NCBI GenBank assembly: GCA_964444685.1
Contig: CAYUIG010000001.1
Location: 30,687 to 83,306 of the forward strand
DNA: 52,620 nt
Direction of reading: 5' to 3'
Source: an uncultured Gemmatimonadaceae bacterium
GTDB lineage: Bacteria > Gemmatimonadota > Gemmatimonadetes > Longimicrobiales > RSA9
A program made the position numbers and the translations under genes. The stretch's first letter is position 1, and each line of letters opens with the position of its first letter. This document shows positions 18,300-31,796 of this stretch, piece by piece. Below the pieces are notes generated by a model, which saw only the letters and a program-made list of their open reading frames with translations, ran no database searches and was not told the DNA's origin.

Positions 18300-19283
18300 T
18301 CAGGCGATGGCGGTCAGCTCGCCGTCGATGATGTCGGCCAGGCGCTCCTGCTCGCGCCACATCACTTCCAGCGCCCGCGCCTCGCCATTCAGCAGGCGCC
18401 GCTCGACGGAGTCATTGACCGCGATCTCGAGGGCCAGAGTACGCAAAGGCCCGAGTCGATAGAGCGACTGTCGGCGTGAACCGAACTCGCGCAGCAGATC
18501 CGCGGGTGTGCCGGCACGGTCGAGGAAGCGGCTGGCCTCGCGCAGAGTCAGCTCGCTCGCGCCATCGATGTGCTGCCAGGCGAGCACGCGACGTATCGCG
18601 TCGTCGGCCTCGTGCCCGCGGATCATGAACACCTTCTCCGGCGTCCATGGGTCGCAGCGGGGGCAGGGCACACCCAGTTCGATCGTCCCGTCCGACGAAA
18701 GCAGCGGGTAGATCCACCAGGACAGATCGAAGCGGAGGGCACACAGGATCGAGCCGCACGAGGGACAGGGCTCGCGTCCCTCCCATGCGGTCCCGCCGAA
18801 GTGCCGCCAGCGGGCGAGGTCGACGATCTCGGGCGGATGCTTCCCGATACCGAGGCCGGTATCGAGGATGCCCACGGTTTCGCCGACCCACGCGACGGCA
18901 CCGTATGCCAGAGCTGCGATGCGCGATCCGGGGGAGTGGAAGGCGGCCTGGCGATGTCGCAGCTCGCGGCCGTACCGCCACCACGCCTCTTCCAGCGACG
19001 AAGCACGTCCGATGCGCACGAGCTCGAGACCGCCCGCCTCCAGCAGAGCCACTTCTTCCGTGCGCGCGAGCAGACGTCCGCGATCGTATGCGAGCCGCTC
19101 GAGCATCTCGAGAGCGACCGCGCGGTCCTCGAAGGGAACGAGGGACCACGACCGGCAGCGGCCGCAGACCTGCCAGAGACGGCCCCGTTCGGAATCGAAG
19201 GCCACCCGCTGCCCCTCGCCGAACGTGTCCCCTGCGCGGGGCGCGGGGAAGGGCGAATGGCAGAAGAGGCAGCGGGTGAACAT
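18300..19283 (-). CDS. hypothetical protein with two CxxC...CxxC zinc-ribbon motifs
   Basis: 327-aa ORF beginning 4 nt after the M14 gene stop on the same strand. Zinc-ribbon motifs are CLFCHS..CGRC and CPSCGS...CPRC. A stem-loop lies just downstream of the stop (18275-18300). No family recognised. Confidence 0.5.
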   Translation of the reverse strand: MFTRCLFCHSPFPAPRAGDTFGEGQRVAFDSERGRLWQVCGRCRSWSLVPFEDRAVALEMLERLAYDRGRLLARTEEVALLEAGGLELVRIGRASSLEEAWWRYGRELRHRQAAFHSPGSRIAALAYGAVAWVGETVGILDTGLGIGKHPPEIVDLARWRHFGGTAWEGREPCPSCGSILCALRFDLSWWIYPLLSSDGTIELGVPCPRCDPWTPEKVFMIRGHEADDAIRRVLAWQHIDGASELTLREASRFLDRAGTPADLLREFGSRRQSLYRLGPLRTLALEIAVNDSVERRLLNGEARALEVMWREQERLADIIDGELTAIA

Positions 19284-19286
19284 AGG

Positions 19287-22235
<2,949 letters not shown>

Positions 22236-22289
22236 CGGAGAAACTCCTGTGGGGGTGTGCGCGGGCGCCTGCGACCGCGCCCGATCGGC

Positions 22290-23495
22290 TCAAGCTGGCC
22301 GGGCGGCGAGCGGCGTGTCAACCGTGCGCGCGGCCGCGCGGACCAGAACGGCCAGCATCGCCAGCCACAGCGCCACGTGTCCGCCCACGAACAGCCAGAC
22401 GTAGGGCGGCCCCGCTCGCTCGAGAGCGCCGGGCGCGAGCATGGCCGCCACGGCCACGGCGAACAGGGCGCCGGCGCGGTAGTCTCCGTCACGCTGCGCC
22501 AGGCGATAGAGCGCGATCATGGGCAGAAGGATCACGACATCGTCGTAGGCACGGTGGTAGGTCCAGAATCGTGCGACCAGCGCCGCGTGGCCCATCAACA
22601 GCCACGGATCCGCCTCCCGGCGGCGCCACGTCCATAGCCCGAGTGCGGCGAGAAGCAGCAGTCCGATCGGCGGAGCGAGTTGCGGAATCCCGAGTGAAAG
22701 GAACGTGGACGCGACGTCGCCGTAGCCGCCGATCATGAACTGGCGCGGCTGCCGCGCCCATTCGAGCAGCAGCGCGCCGGGTCCGCCCGGCTGCCACTGC
22801 GACGCGAACGTGGTGAGCAGAAGCAACGCCGCGCCGGTCAGCAGGAGCGGGCGTACACGTGGCACGGAGAGTACGGTGACGAACACGAACGGCACCGTGA
22901 GCGTTGGCTTCACCAGCGCAATCGTGAGCAGCACCGCCGCCGCGGCGTCGGTCAGCCATGTGGAGTGTGCTCTGCGTGCGAGCAGCCATCCGCCCACGAG
23001 CGCGGCGAGCACGTGCAGTCCGAACTGTCCGTTCCCGATGGTGACGCCCACCGCATTCATGGACAGCACGACGAGTGCGACGAGCGCGCGTTCGAGTTTC
23101 GTCGCGGCTCCGCTCTCGTGCACGAGCAGCGCGGCCAGGCAGGCGAGCACGATCAGGGATGACAACGCCCAGAGGACGCGCACGAGCTCCGGATCCGGCC
23201 ACAGCAGGAGCGGAGCGAAGAGCAGGTACGTGTGCGGCGGATAGGTGAGACGGTCGAGTGCGGCGGTCACCGGCTGGCCCGCAAACCAGCGGCGCGTCTC
23301 CTCGTGACGCAGCAGCACATCGATCGCGCCGATCCAGCTGTCATCGAACAGCAGCCGATGCAGCTCCGTGCCGAGCTTGAGCAGCGCATAGGCGGCGAGC
23401 GCCACGGCGGCTCCCTGGAGGAGCGCCGAAGCGTGTCGTTCCCAGAGCGTGCGTGCGCGGGAATGCAGCGCTGTGGCCGCGGCCGCGCTCGCCAT
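22290..23495 (-). CDS. polytopic membrane protein, DUF2029/GT87-like (putative glycosyl/mannosyltransferase)
   Basis: About 11 predicted TM helices. Start ATG overlaps the TAA of the upstream regulator (TAATG). The assignment is by overall topology only. Confidence 0.6.
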   Translation of the reverse strand: MASAAAATALHSRARTLWERHASALLQGAAVALAAYALLKLGTELHRLLFDDSWIGAIDVLLRHEETRRWFAGQPVTAALDRLTYPPHTYLLFAPLLLWPDPELVRVLWALSSLIVLACLAALLVHESGAATKLERALVALVVLSMNAVGVTIGNGQFGLHVLAALVGGWLLARRAHSTWLTDAAAAVLLTIALVKPTLTVPFVFVTVLSVPRVRPLLLTGAALLLLTTFASQWQPGGPGALLLEWARQPRQFMIGGYGDVASTFLSLGIPQLAPPIGLLLLAALGLWTWRRREADPWLLMGHAALVARFWTYHRAYDDVVILLPMIALYRLAQRDGDYRAGALFAVAVAAMLAPGALERAGPPYVWLFVGGHVALWLAMLAVLVRAAARTVDTPLAARPA

Positions 23496-24910
23496 TACTC
23501 GGCGTCCATCTCCTCTTCGCCCAGCCTGCGGTACAGCGTTCGCCTCGAGATGCCGAGCAGTGCAGCCGCGCGGCGTTTGTTGCCGCCCACCCGATCGAGC
23601 ACCTGCCGCACGTACTCCGTCTCCATTTCACGAAGCGTGGGCAGCGCACCGTTGGCGCCCATTGGCATCGCGGCCAGCGCGCCGGACGCCGTATCGGTGC
23701 GCGGCGCCGCCGGTGCGGCGTCCGATTCGCGGCGTGCAATGCGTCCCGGCAGATGCCGCGGCTCCAGCACCTCGCCTTCACAGAACGTCACCGCACGCTC
23801 GACCACGTTCTCCAGCTCACGCACGTTGCCCGGGAACGTGTACGCGCGCAGGCAGGCGAGGAACGCAGCGGTAGGCTCCGGCGGCCGGCGGCCCAGACGC
23901 GCCGCGTGGCGGCGAATGAAACGCGCGGCCAGCAGCTCGAGGTCGCCTTCACGCGCGCGCAGGGGCGGGATCGTGATCGAGAAGGTCTCGAGACGGTAGT
24001 ACAGGTCCTGCCGGAACCGGCCTTCGTGGATTGCGGTGGTCAGGTTCTGGTTCGTGGCCGCGATCACGCGCACGTCCACTGCGCGGCTGCGATCACTCCC
24101 GACCGGTCGGACCTGACCCTCCTGGAGCGCGCGCAGCAGCTTCGGCTGCAGCTCCATCGGCATCTCGCCGATCTCATCGAGGAGCAGCGTCCCGCCATCT
24201 GCCTCCTGGAAGAGTCCAAACCGCTCGCCCGTCGCGCCCGTGAACGCACCCTTCACGTGTCCGAAGAATTCGCTCTCCAGCAGTGTGGCCGGGACACCGG
24301 CACAGTTCACCGCCATGAACGGACCGTCGCTGCGGTCGCTCGCCGAATGGATCGCGCGTGCGACGAGCTCCTTGCCGACGCCGCTCTCACCCATGATCAG
24401 TACCGGGCCGCGACCGCGCGCCATGCGCTCGATCTCGGCGAAGATCGCGCGCATCCCCTCGCTTCGGCCCACCATCCCGCGGTAGTCGTCCGCCTCCAGC
24501 GCTTCCTGGTAGCGACGCAGCTCGCCGCGCAGACGGCGCGTCTCCAGCAGCCGCGCGATCCGGAAGCGCAGCGTTTCCATGTCCACGGGTTTGGTCAGGA
24601 AGTCATCGGCCCCGGCCTTCAGCGCGAGCACCGCGCGATCCACCGTGCCGAATCCAGTGACCACCAGGAACGCCGGCGGCGAGTGCAGGTCGCGCGTCCA
24701 CGCGAGCAGCTGCATGCCGTCCGCGGAGGGGAGCTTCAGGTCGCTGATCACAACATCGGCCTCGAACTCCTTCAGCTCCGCCAACGCCGATTCCGCCGAG
24801 CCGACCCCGATCACGGCGTGCCCGGCATCCTCCAGCGCCATGCAGACCAGCTTCCGCATCGCCGCGTCGTCCTCGACGACCAGGACCTTCCCGTGCAGCC
24901 GTTCGGTCAC
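23495..24910 (-). CDS. sigma-54-dependent Fis-family response regulator (NtrC-like), orphan
   Basis: GTG start at 24910 with GGAGGT 6 nt upstream. The sequence has a receiver domain (KVLVVEDD...D), AAA+ Walker A GESGVGKE, an intact GAFTGA and a C-terminal Fis-type HTH. Confidence 0.85.
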   Translation of the reverse strand: MTERLHGKVLVVEDDAAMRKLVCMALEDAGHAVIGVGSAESALAELKEFEADVVISDLKLPSADGMQLLAWTRDLHSPPAFLVVTGFGTVDRAVLALKAGADDFLTKPVDMETLRFRIARLLETRRLRGELRRYQEALEADDYRGMVGRSEGMRAIFAEIERMARGRGPVLIMGESGVGKELVARAIHSASDRSDGPFMAVNCAGVPATLLESEFFGHVKGAFTGATGERFGLFQEADGGTLLLDEIGEMPMELQPKLLRALQEGQVRPVGSDRSRAVDVRVIAATNQNLTTAIHEGRFRQDLYYRLETFSITIPPLRAREGDLELLAARFIRRHAARLGRRPPEPTAAFLACLRAYTFPGNVRELENVVERAVTFCEGEVLEPRHLPGRIARRESDAAPAAPRTDTASGALAAMPMGANGALPTLREMETEYVRQVLDRVGGNKRRAAALLGISRRTLYRRLGEEEMDAE

Positions 24911-25117
24911 GTCTACCTCCAGTGTCCGAGGGGCATCCACGATGGCACATGTGACAGAATTGCACAACGGGCCGCACGGTTTCCGGGTGGCCAGTTTCGG
25001 GCCATGTGGGCGGAAAGTGTTGTGGTAGAATGATTTCCGAGATCGGGGCCCAAACGGTACGCCCGTTGCCAAAGGACTGAGCCCGCGGAGAATGAAGTCC
25101 CTTGAAGGAGCAGTTGA

Positions 25118-25498
25118 ATGCGAGTGCTGAAGTGGACGGGAGCGTTGGTCGCGCTGGCAGTGGCTGGGCCGGTTTCGGCACAGCAGCCGGCTGCGCCCGC
25201 CGCCGTGGCTGCGCCGGATGAGGCGGAGCTGACGGTGTACGCGGAGACGATGCTCGACATCGAGGCGATCCAGGCGGAGTTCACGCCGCAGATCGAGGCG
25301 GCGGAGACGGAAGAGGCGAAGACGGCGCTGAAGCAGCAGCAGGACGAGCGTGTGGCGCAGGTGCTGGCCACGCGTGAGATCGAGAAGGAGCGCTACGACG
25401 CGATCGGGACGCTGATGCAGCAGGATCCCGAGCTGAAGGCACGTTTCGACGAGCTGAAGGCGAAGATCGCGGAGGAGCGCAAGAAGGCCGGCGGCTGA
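25118..25498 (+). CDS. periplasmic DUF4168-like protein
   Basis: AAGGAG lies 7 nt upstream of the ATG. A signal peptide is followed by a helical repeat with the pattern EKERYDAIGTLMQQDPELKARFDEL. Confidence 0.65.
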   Translation: MRVLKWTGALVALAVAGPVSAQQPAAPAAVAAPDEAELTVYAETMLDIEAIQAEFTPQIEAAETEEAKTALKQQQDERVAQVLATREIEKERYDAIGTLMQQDPELKARFDELKAKIAEERKKAGG

Positions 25499-25531
25499 GC
25501 CCGGACGGGACGCTGGGCCAGGCCAGGCCGA

Positions 25532-25571
25532 GCCCCCGGCGGCGCGCGAGCGTCGTCGGGGGTTTCTTTTT
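25532..25571 (+). terminator. Rho-independent terminator
   Basis: GC stem cccccggcgg...cgtcgggggg followed by tttcttttt. Confidence 0.75.
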
Positions 25572-25573
25572 GG

Positions 25574-26617
25574 TCAGATCCAGTGGCGCCTGCGGAAGAA
25601 TGCGAAGAGGGCGGCGCCGATGCCGAGCATGAGGACGAGGGCGAAGGCGTAGCCGAAGCGCCAGTCGAGTTCGGGCATGAAGACGAAGTTCATGCCGTAG
25701 ATGCCGGCGATGAGGGTCATGGTCATCAGGATGATGGACCATGAGGTGAGCATACGCACGATGACGTTGAGCTGATTGGAGCTCGCGGTCATCTGACCTT
25801 CGGTCGTGGCGGCGAGGAGATCGCGGAGCATGTCGATCTCCTCGGTGATGCGCATGGCGTGGTCGCGCACGTCCTGGAAGTAGGGGATGACTTCGGGCTC
25901 GATGACGGCGAGCTCGCGGCGCAGCAGCGTGCCGAGGAGGTCGCGCTCGGGTGCGACGACGCGGCGGAAGACGACGAGTTCGCGCCGCAGCTCGAGGATC
26001 TGCTCCATCGTGGCGCGGCCCTCGATCCCGCTCGTGTCGAGTGCTTCGACGCGCTCGGAAAGGTGATCGAGGATGGGGAAGTAGCCGTCGACGACCGCAT
26101 CGAGCAGCGCGTGCGCGAGCGCGCCCGAGCTCGGCATGGAATCGGGTCGCGCGCGCCAGCGCGCGAGGGTCTCGCGGATCTCGTCACTCTTCCGGAAGCG
26201 CACCGTGACGAGGAATCCATCGCCGGCAAAGATGTGCAGTTCGTTGAATGCGACGCGGCGGCGTACGGGGTTCAGGTGCGCGGAGTAGCAGACGACGAAG
26301 AGGTAGTTGGTGTAGCGGTCGATCTTGGGGCGCTGGCGGCCGCGCAGGCAGTCTTCGACGGCGAGCTGGTGGAGACCGAGCTGGTCGCGCATGAACGCGC
26401 CGTCGTCCTCATTCGGCCGAATCAGATCGATCCAGACCAGGCCCTCGGCACGTTCGCCGCGGCGCGCGGCGGCCACGCGCTCCGCAGCGGCGCGCACGTC
26501 GAGTGCGTGCACGCCGCTGGGGCCCGCGGCGAACGCGCGGATGCGCGGCTCGGGCGTACCCTGGCTCTCTCCCTCCTCTTCGGGCGGTGCGAGCGGGTCG
26601 TCGCCGAGCCGCGGCAT
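25574..26617 (-). CDS. corA: magnesium/cobalt transporter CorA
   Basis: Two C-terminal TM helices carry the signature YGMNF; size and architecture are typical. Confidence 0.9.
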   Translation of the reverse strand: MPRLGDDPLAPPEEEGESQGTPEPRIRAFAAGPSGVHALDVRAAAERVAAARRGERAEGLVWIDLIRPNEDDGAFMRDQLGLHQLAVEDCLRGRQRPKIDRYTNYLFVVCYSAHLNPVRRRVAFNELHIFAGDGFLVTVRFRKSDEIRETLARWRARPDSMPSSGALAHALLDAVVDGYFPILDHLSERVEALDTSGIEGRATMEQILELRRELVVFRRVVAPERDLLGTLLRRELAVIEPEVIPYFQDVRDHAMRITEEIDMLRDLLAATTEGQMTASSNQLNVIVRMLTSWSIILMTMTLIAGIYGMNFVFMPELDWRFGYAFALVLMLGIGAALFAFFRRRHWI

Positions 26618-26621
26618 GAAC

Positions 26622-28334
26622 TCAGCGCGTGCCGGCCATCATGGAATCGCGGAGCGCCTTGAACTCCGTGCCTTCGCGCCACTGCGGAATCATGTCGGCG
26701 TTGGCGACATCGAAGCCCACTCGGAACATGAGCGCGAGGTCCTCCACCGCACCCGCGAGATCCCAGTCGGGCTTCACCTCATCCGAAACCTTGTGGTAGT
26801 CGTTCGCGGTGTATTCGTCGCGCTTCTGCTGGCCGTAGCCCTCCGGCTTTCCGATGTAGTCCACGCCCGCATCCGCATACAGGGCAGGTACGCCCTGCTT
26901 CGCGAACTCGAAGTGGTCCGAGCGATAGTAGAAGCCCTTCTCCGGCTCGGGATCGGGAATGATCGTGCGGCCCTGCGCGGCTGCTGCGTCCCGGATCACG
27001 TCATCGAGCGTGCTGTTGCCGAGCCCGATCACGGTGACATCGCTCGTGCGGCCCCACTGGTTCATGCCGTCCATGTTGATGTTGGCGACCGTCTGCGTGA
27101 GTGGGTAGAGCGGGTTCTCCGCATACCACTTCGCCCCGAGCAGTCCGCGCTCTTCGGCGGTGACGGCGAGGAAGAGAATGGAGCGCGCGGGCGGTGTGTC
27201 GAGCGCAGCGAACGCTTCGGCCAGCTCGACCAGGCCTGCGGTACCGGTTGCGTTGTCGAGTGCGCCGTTGAAGATCGCGTCTCCCTCGAGCGACGGGTCG
27301 GTGCCGAGGTGGTCCCAGTGCGCCGTGTAGATCACGTACTGATCCGGACGCGTCGAACCCTCGAGTTTCGCGATCACGTTCTTCGAAGGGACTTCGCGCA
27401 TCTGGTTCGTGATGCGGAACGACGCGGTGCCGTTCAGCGGAACGGGCTGGAAGTCCGCGGACAGTGCCGCGGCCTTCAGGCTGTCGAAGTCGAAACCGCC
27501 CGCCTCGAGCATGCGACGGATCGCGGGCTCGGGGATCCAGCCCTGTACGGCGACGCGGCTCATGTTGCGGTCGGGTGATGCAATATCGAAGTCCTCGGAA
27601 CCGAACCCGCCGGACAGTACCTCGAACGGATAACCCGCGGGCCCGGTCTCGTGAACGACGATGGCCGCGGCCGCGCCCACCTGCGCCGCGATCTCGTACT
27701 TGTAGGTCCAGCGGCCGTAGTACGTCATGGCGGGGCCGCGGAACATCGTGGTGTCCGGGAGCGGCGGGTCGTTGACCAGCATCACGATCGTCTTGCCGGT
27801 CATGTCCTGACCCTTGTAGTCGTCCCAGTTGTATTCGGGGGCGACGATTCCATAGCCGACGAACACGAGCTCGGAATTCTCCACGCTCACCTCGGGGACT
27901 GCGCGCGTGGTCTCCGCGATGTAGTCGGTGCCGCCCGCCATCGGCACGGCCCGTCCGTTCATCATGAACGAGGCCTGCACCTGCTGCGTCATGCCGACCA
28001 GCGGCACTTCCTGCACGAAGGTGCCGTCCGGATTGCCGGGCTGGAGGCCTGCTGCCTGGAAGCGCTCCGTCAGATACGCGACCGTCAGCTCCTCGCCCCG
28101 CGTGCCGGGCGCGCGGCCGCCGAAGCTATCGGCGGAGAGTATCTGGATCTTACCGAGCAATTCGTCGGTCGTGATGGTCTCGAGCGCGGCCGCGATCGTC
28201 GGGTCGGTCTCGGTCTGCGTCGTAGTATTGCCGGCATCCTCGGTCGCGCACGCAGCCAGCACGGCAACAGGGATCAGGAAACGGAGCGGCTTCACCGGTC
28301 CTCCATGGTTTCGTCGAGTTCTCGGTCGCGGCAT
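26622..28334 (-). CDS. M28 family aminopeptidase with PA domain, lipoprotein
   Basis: Lipobox [10 protein letters not shown]28 zinc-binding blocks HWDHLG and NDNATGTAG are present. An alternative GTG start at 28305 (MKPLRF...) is possible. Confidence 0.85.
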   Translation of the reverse strand: MPRPRTRRNHGGPVKPLRFLIPVAVLAACATEDAGNTTTQTETDPTIAAALETITTDELLGKIQILSADSFGGRAPGTRGEELTVAYLTERFQAAGLQPGNPDGTFVQEVPLVGMTQQVQASFMMNGRAVPMAGGTDYIAETTRAVPEVSVENSELVFVGYGIVAPEYNWDDYKGQDMTGKTIVMLVNDPPLPDTTMFRGPAMTYYGRWTYKYEIAAQVGAAAAIVVHETGPAGYPFEVLSGGFGSEDFDIASPDRNMSRVAVQGWIPEPAIRRMLEAGGFDFDSLKAAALSADFQPVPLNGTASFRITNQMREVPSKNVIAKLEGSTRPDQYVIYTAHWDHLGTDPSLEGDAIFNGALDNATGTAGLVELAEAFAALDTPPARSILFLAVTAEERGLLGAKWYAENPLYPLTQTVANINMDGMNQWGRTSDVTVIGLGNSTLDDVIRDAAAAQGRTIIPDPEPEKGFYYRSDHFEFAKQGVPALYADAGVDYIGKPEGYGQQKRDEYTANDYHKVSDEVKPDWDLAGAVEDLALMFRVGFDVANADMIPQWREGTEFKALRDSMMAGTR

Positions 28335-28368
28335 AATGCCCAACGGGTGTGGCCCGGGCAAGCGCGGA

Positions 28369-30855
28369 TCAGAAGGCGAAACCGGCGCGGATGTAGACGC
28401 CCGTCTTCTCGCCGCTCATCACGGCCACGCTGAGCAGGTTGGCCTGGGAGATGAAGGAGACCCACACGCCGCCGCCGGTCGCGGTGTGCCACGAGCCGGG
28501 TGACTCGCCATCCAACCAGACGCGACCCGCATCGGATGCGCCGAACACGCCGAGGTGGCCGGGCAGCAGGAAGAAGAACGGCGTGAGCGTGGCGCGCAGC
28601 TCGACGTTCCCCCAGAGCGATGCGTCGCCGGCAAAGCGGTCGGTGTGGAATCCGCGCACGTTGTCACTTCCGCCAATGAACGCGGCCTCGTGCCATGGTG
28701 CGCCGTTCGAAACCTTCTGCGCGCCAGCCCGCACGGCCAGTGTCGGTGCGAACCAGCCGCCGGCACTCACATACCCGGACGCGAGCACGGTTGCCGCGGC
28801 GAACGGTTCCACGACATCGAGCATTGCCGGCACCGCACGCACACCGAGATCGATACGCGCACCTCGGCGCGCGGCACGCGGAACGTCGCGCGCTTCGATG
28901 GTGACGTGCGCCGCGACGCCGGCCACGTCGTAGTCGCCCGCGCCGTCGGGCGCCGAAACATCGAGGAAGGTACCGGCCACATCGTACGGCCGGAGCATGC
29001 GCACGAACGGACCGACCGCCAACTCGACACGTCCCGTGCGCAACGCCATGGCCAGCGACCCGTCGATCTGCTGGCGGCGCGCGAAATAGAACGATTCGAC
29101 CGAATCCGCTTCGGTGTCATTGCCGAAGCCGAAGAAACGATCGGCTTCGGCTCCGGAGTAGCGTGCGGAAATCAGTCCGCGCAGTGACGGCCGCCGCAGC
29201 GGGAAATCGTACAGCGCCTGCACGCGTGGACGTCCCGTGGCCGTGCCGATGCCGGCGGAAACGGACAGCCGGCTCTTCCACGGATAGTGGCGGAATCCGT
29301 ACCCCCAGCGGATGAGGCCACCGCCCACGAACAGCCCGACATCGGGATCGTAGGTGAAGTAGGGCACGGGAACGGTGTACGCGCCCCAGTCGCGTGCGGG
29401 CGCCATGTGCGTGCGGCTGGCAGGATCGTCCGGCTGCACCCACGGCCGCGTGTCGAGCGATGCACCCGCGACTACGTTCGCGCCGCGGTCGTCGTAGAAG
29501 CGAACGTTCCCCGCTGTGGCTTGCAGCGTGTCGTCGCCGCCGCCGCCGATCACTCGCACACGCGGGCCGCCGCCGCTGCCGACGACCTCCGCACGGTCCG
29601 CGTTGCCATGGAGGTACACACGCACTTCTTCCGTCTCGGATGCCGAGAAGGTGCGGTCGTAGTACGGCGCGCCCGAAGCGGCCAGCGTGACGCGTACAAG
29701 GCCGTCCGGCATGCGCTCGATGCGCGCCACGTCGGCCTCGTCGGTTGCGCGCACATCCACCCAGCCGGCGAGCAACGCGTAGAACTCCGCGGCCATGCGT
29801 GGCAGCGCATCGCGCCGGCGTCGCAGTGCGTTCTCGAGCCACGGACCGACCTTCTCTTCGTAGGAAGAAGGCAGTTGTGCTACCGCATCCGCGATGACGC
29901 GATCCGGTAGGCGCGCGACGAGGTCGGCGGCAACGGAATCGAAGGTTGCGCGCGTCGTCGCAACGAGGAGGCGGCGGTCGAGCGCGCGGCCGCTCCAGGT
30001 CAGGCGGAAGACGTTGGGATAGTCGGGTGAGAAGCCGTAGTAGTGTGGGAACGCGAACGCGGCCATGCGCACGAGCAGGCCATCCATGCGCGCGAGCGCC
30101 CAATCACGGTCGCGCGGGATCGGCTCGAACACCATGGTGTCGCCGCGTTCGTAGCCCGCCCAGCGCCACTGATCGGGATGGCGGTCCCAGTCACCGACGA
30201 GGAAATCGACCAGTCTCGCGCGCAGATACGCGCGGTCGTCGATGCGCTGAAGATGCGACTCCTCCAGTCGCTCGAACAGCCGATCCGAACCGACGACCCG
30301 ACCGGACGCTGCGAAGCCTTCGTTGGGTCGCTCCTCGACCCAGCCGAGCAGGCCTGCGAACTCAGCGCGGAACTCGCCGAGGCGCGGGTCGTCCGGCATC
30401 ACGACGAGGCGCGGCGATGCGTGCAGCACGCCCGCGGCCACGAGCAACGGATCGATGACGAGCGCGGAGAGCGGCAGCAGCGAGCCGATCTGATCCTGCA
30501 GCACGCGCGCGGCGATGCTCCGGCGCAGCTCGGGATCGAGCGAGCGCGACGCGTCCTTGTCGAGCGAGCGGAACGCGTACTCGCGGCCGTCGGCGCCCAT
30601 GAAGCGGAGCGAGCGCGTCTGCTGCCCGCCGCCCAGCTCCGTGACCGTGAGTCCCCCCGCGAACGTCGAGAGGTCGAGTACTTCGGCGGGAACGGGCGTG
30701 GCCCAGAGCGAGCGGTGGCCGTTGCTGAGCAGCCAGCGATGGAACCAGCCGGCTTCGTAGCGGCCGCGGGGCGTGGCCATCACGGTGTCCCCGGGCGCCT
30801 GTGCGGCGGCGGGCGCGGCGAGCGCGATCAGCGCGCAGGCCACGATACGCTTCAT
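28369..30855 (-). CDS. outer-membrane protein with C-terminal Omp85/surface-antigen-like beta-barrel
   Basis: Internal ATG at 30855 ([20 protein letters not shown]) overlaps the upstream stop (ATGA). The C-terminus ...YIRAGFAF carries the OMP beta-signal with a terminal Phe. The N-terminal ~450 aa are unassigned. The 137 upstream codons of the track ORF are unsupported. Confidence 0.7.
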   Translation of the reverse strand: MKRIVACALIALAAPAAAQAPGDTVMATPRGRYEAGWFHRWLLSNGHRSLWATPVPAEVLDLSTFAGGLTVTELGGGQQTRSLRFMGADGREYAFRSLDKDASRSLDPELRRSIAARVLQDQIGSLLPLSALVIDPLLVAAGVLHASPRLVVMPDDPRLGEFRAEFAGLLGWVEERPNEGFAASGRVVGSDRLFERLEESHLQRIDDRAYLRARLVDFLVGDWDRHPDQWRWAGYERGDTMVFEPIPRDRDWALARMDGLLVRMAAFAFPHYYGFSPDYPNVFRLTWSGRALDRRLLVATTRATFDSVAADLVARLPDRVIADAVAQLPSSYEEKVGPWLENALRRRRDALPRMAAEFYALLAGWVDVRATDEADVARIERMPDGLVRVTLAASGAPYYDRTFSASETEEVRVYLHGNADRAEVVGSGGGPRVRVIGGGGDDTLQATAGNVRFYDDRGANVVAGASLDTRPWVQPDDPASRTHMAPARDWGAYTVPVPYFTYDPDVGLFVGGGLIRWGYGFRHYPWKSRLSVSAGIGTATGRPRVQALYDFPLRRPSLRGLISARYSGAEADRFFGFGNDTEADSVESFYFARRQQIDGSLAMALRTGRVELAVGPFVRMLRPYDVAGTFLDVSAPDGAGDYDVAGVAAHVTIEARDVPRAARRGARIDLGVRAVPAMLDVVEPFAAATVLASGYVSAGGWFAPTLAVRAGAQKVSNGAPWHEAAFIGGSDNVRGFHTDRFAGDASLWGNVELRATLTPFFFLLPGHLGVFGASDAGRVWLDGESPGSWHTATGGGVWVSFISQANLLSVAVMSGEKTGVYIRAGFAF

Positions 30856-31676
30856 GGGCGGCTGCGATAGATCGTGAGTGTGGCTTGACCGTCTCCGCCC
30901 TCGTCGGCGATCGCGAGGTTGCCGTCGGACAGCAACGCGATGCCTTCCGCCTGGCCGTGGCTGTCCGGCAGCGCGCGTGCACCGAGCACTTCGCCCGTGG
31001 GCGACAGCTCGATGATGCGCTGCTGCCGCGCGCCGATCACGAGCCACGTGCCGCCCGGCATGCGCGCAATGCCGGAAGGATTGAAGCGATCGAGGCCCGC
31101 GGCGCGCAGCACATCGCGGTCGAGATGAACGCGCGGTTCGGACGCCATCTGCATCGTCGCAAGATCGGCTGCGTACACGATCACCGCATTCCTGCGCGCG
31201 GTCTTGCAGACGAGCAGCAGCGCATGGGTCGATGGATCGTGCTCGAGCCCCTCGATCTCCTGGCAATCGCGCAGCTCGTGTTCATGGACCGTATACGTCA
31301 CCGCTTCACCGTCGCCGCCTTCGCGGAACTCGACGATGGTGGCGCCGCTCGTGACCAGGAAGAATCGTTCGCCGACGATTGCGAGTCCTTCGAAATCTCC
31401 GTTCAGCGCCGGTGCTCCGAGCGTGAAGCCCTTCACACGCGCGCCGGTGCGCACATCGATCTGCAGGATCTCCGCCAGCTCGTCACCGTGCGCGAAGAGC
31501 CGCCCGTCGGGCGTGAGCGCGAGGCCCGAAACTTCGTGGAGGGCGGACGGGAGCGTATGGCGTGCGACGGGCGCGTCGAAATTCCAACCATCGAGCGCGC
31601 CGGACTGCGCGCGCGCGTTGCACGCACCGGAGAGCAGGAGAGCTGCGGCCAGAAGGGTTCGGGAGAGCCGTCGCAC
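30852..31676 (-). CDS. YjiK/SdiA-regulated-family beta-propeller lipoprotein
   Basis: Only the C-terminal 274 codons of track ORF 30852..33314 look coding. The GTG start gives MRRLSRTLLAAALLLSGAC (lipobox). The upstream part of that ORF is antisense to the cyclase gene. Confidence 0.6.
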   Translation of the reverse strand: MRRLSRTLLAAALLLSGACNARAQSGALDGWNFDAPVARHTLPSALHEVSGLALTPDGRLFAHGDELAEILQIDVRTGARVKGFTLGAPALNGDFEGLAIVGERFFLVTSGATIVEFREGGDGEAVTYTVHEHELRDCQEIEGLEHDPSTHALLLVCKTARRNAVIVYAADLATMQMASEPRVHLDRDVLRAAGLDRFNPSGIARMPGGTWLVIGARQQRIIELSPTGEVLGARALPDSHGQAEGIALLSDGNLAIADEGGDGQATLTIYRSRP

Positions 31677-31796
31677 GGGCTGAATGTCGGGTACGCGGCG
31701 CCGCGAGGGCAAGGCACCGCTTGCTGGCGCCCCCGTGAGGGCCGCATCATCCGGTGTCCGCGTTCTTTCGCCGCGCCTTCCGGAGCGACCCTGTCG

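Noticed and set aside
24930-24960. TGGCAC hexamer upstream of the DUF4168 gene as a sigma-54 promoter
   Set aside because: No TTGC at the required spacing. GG-N10-GC is not satisfied.
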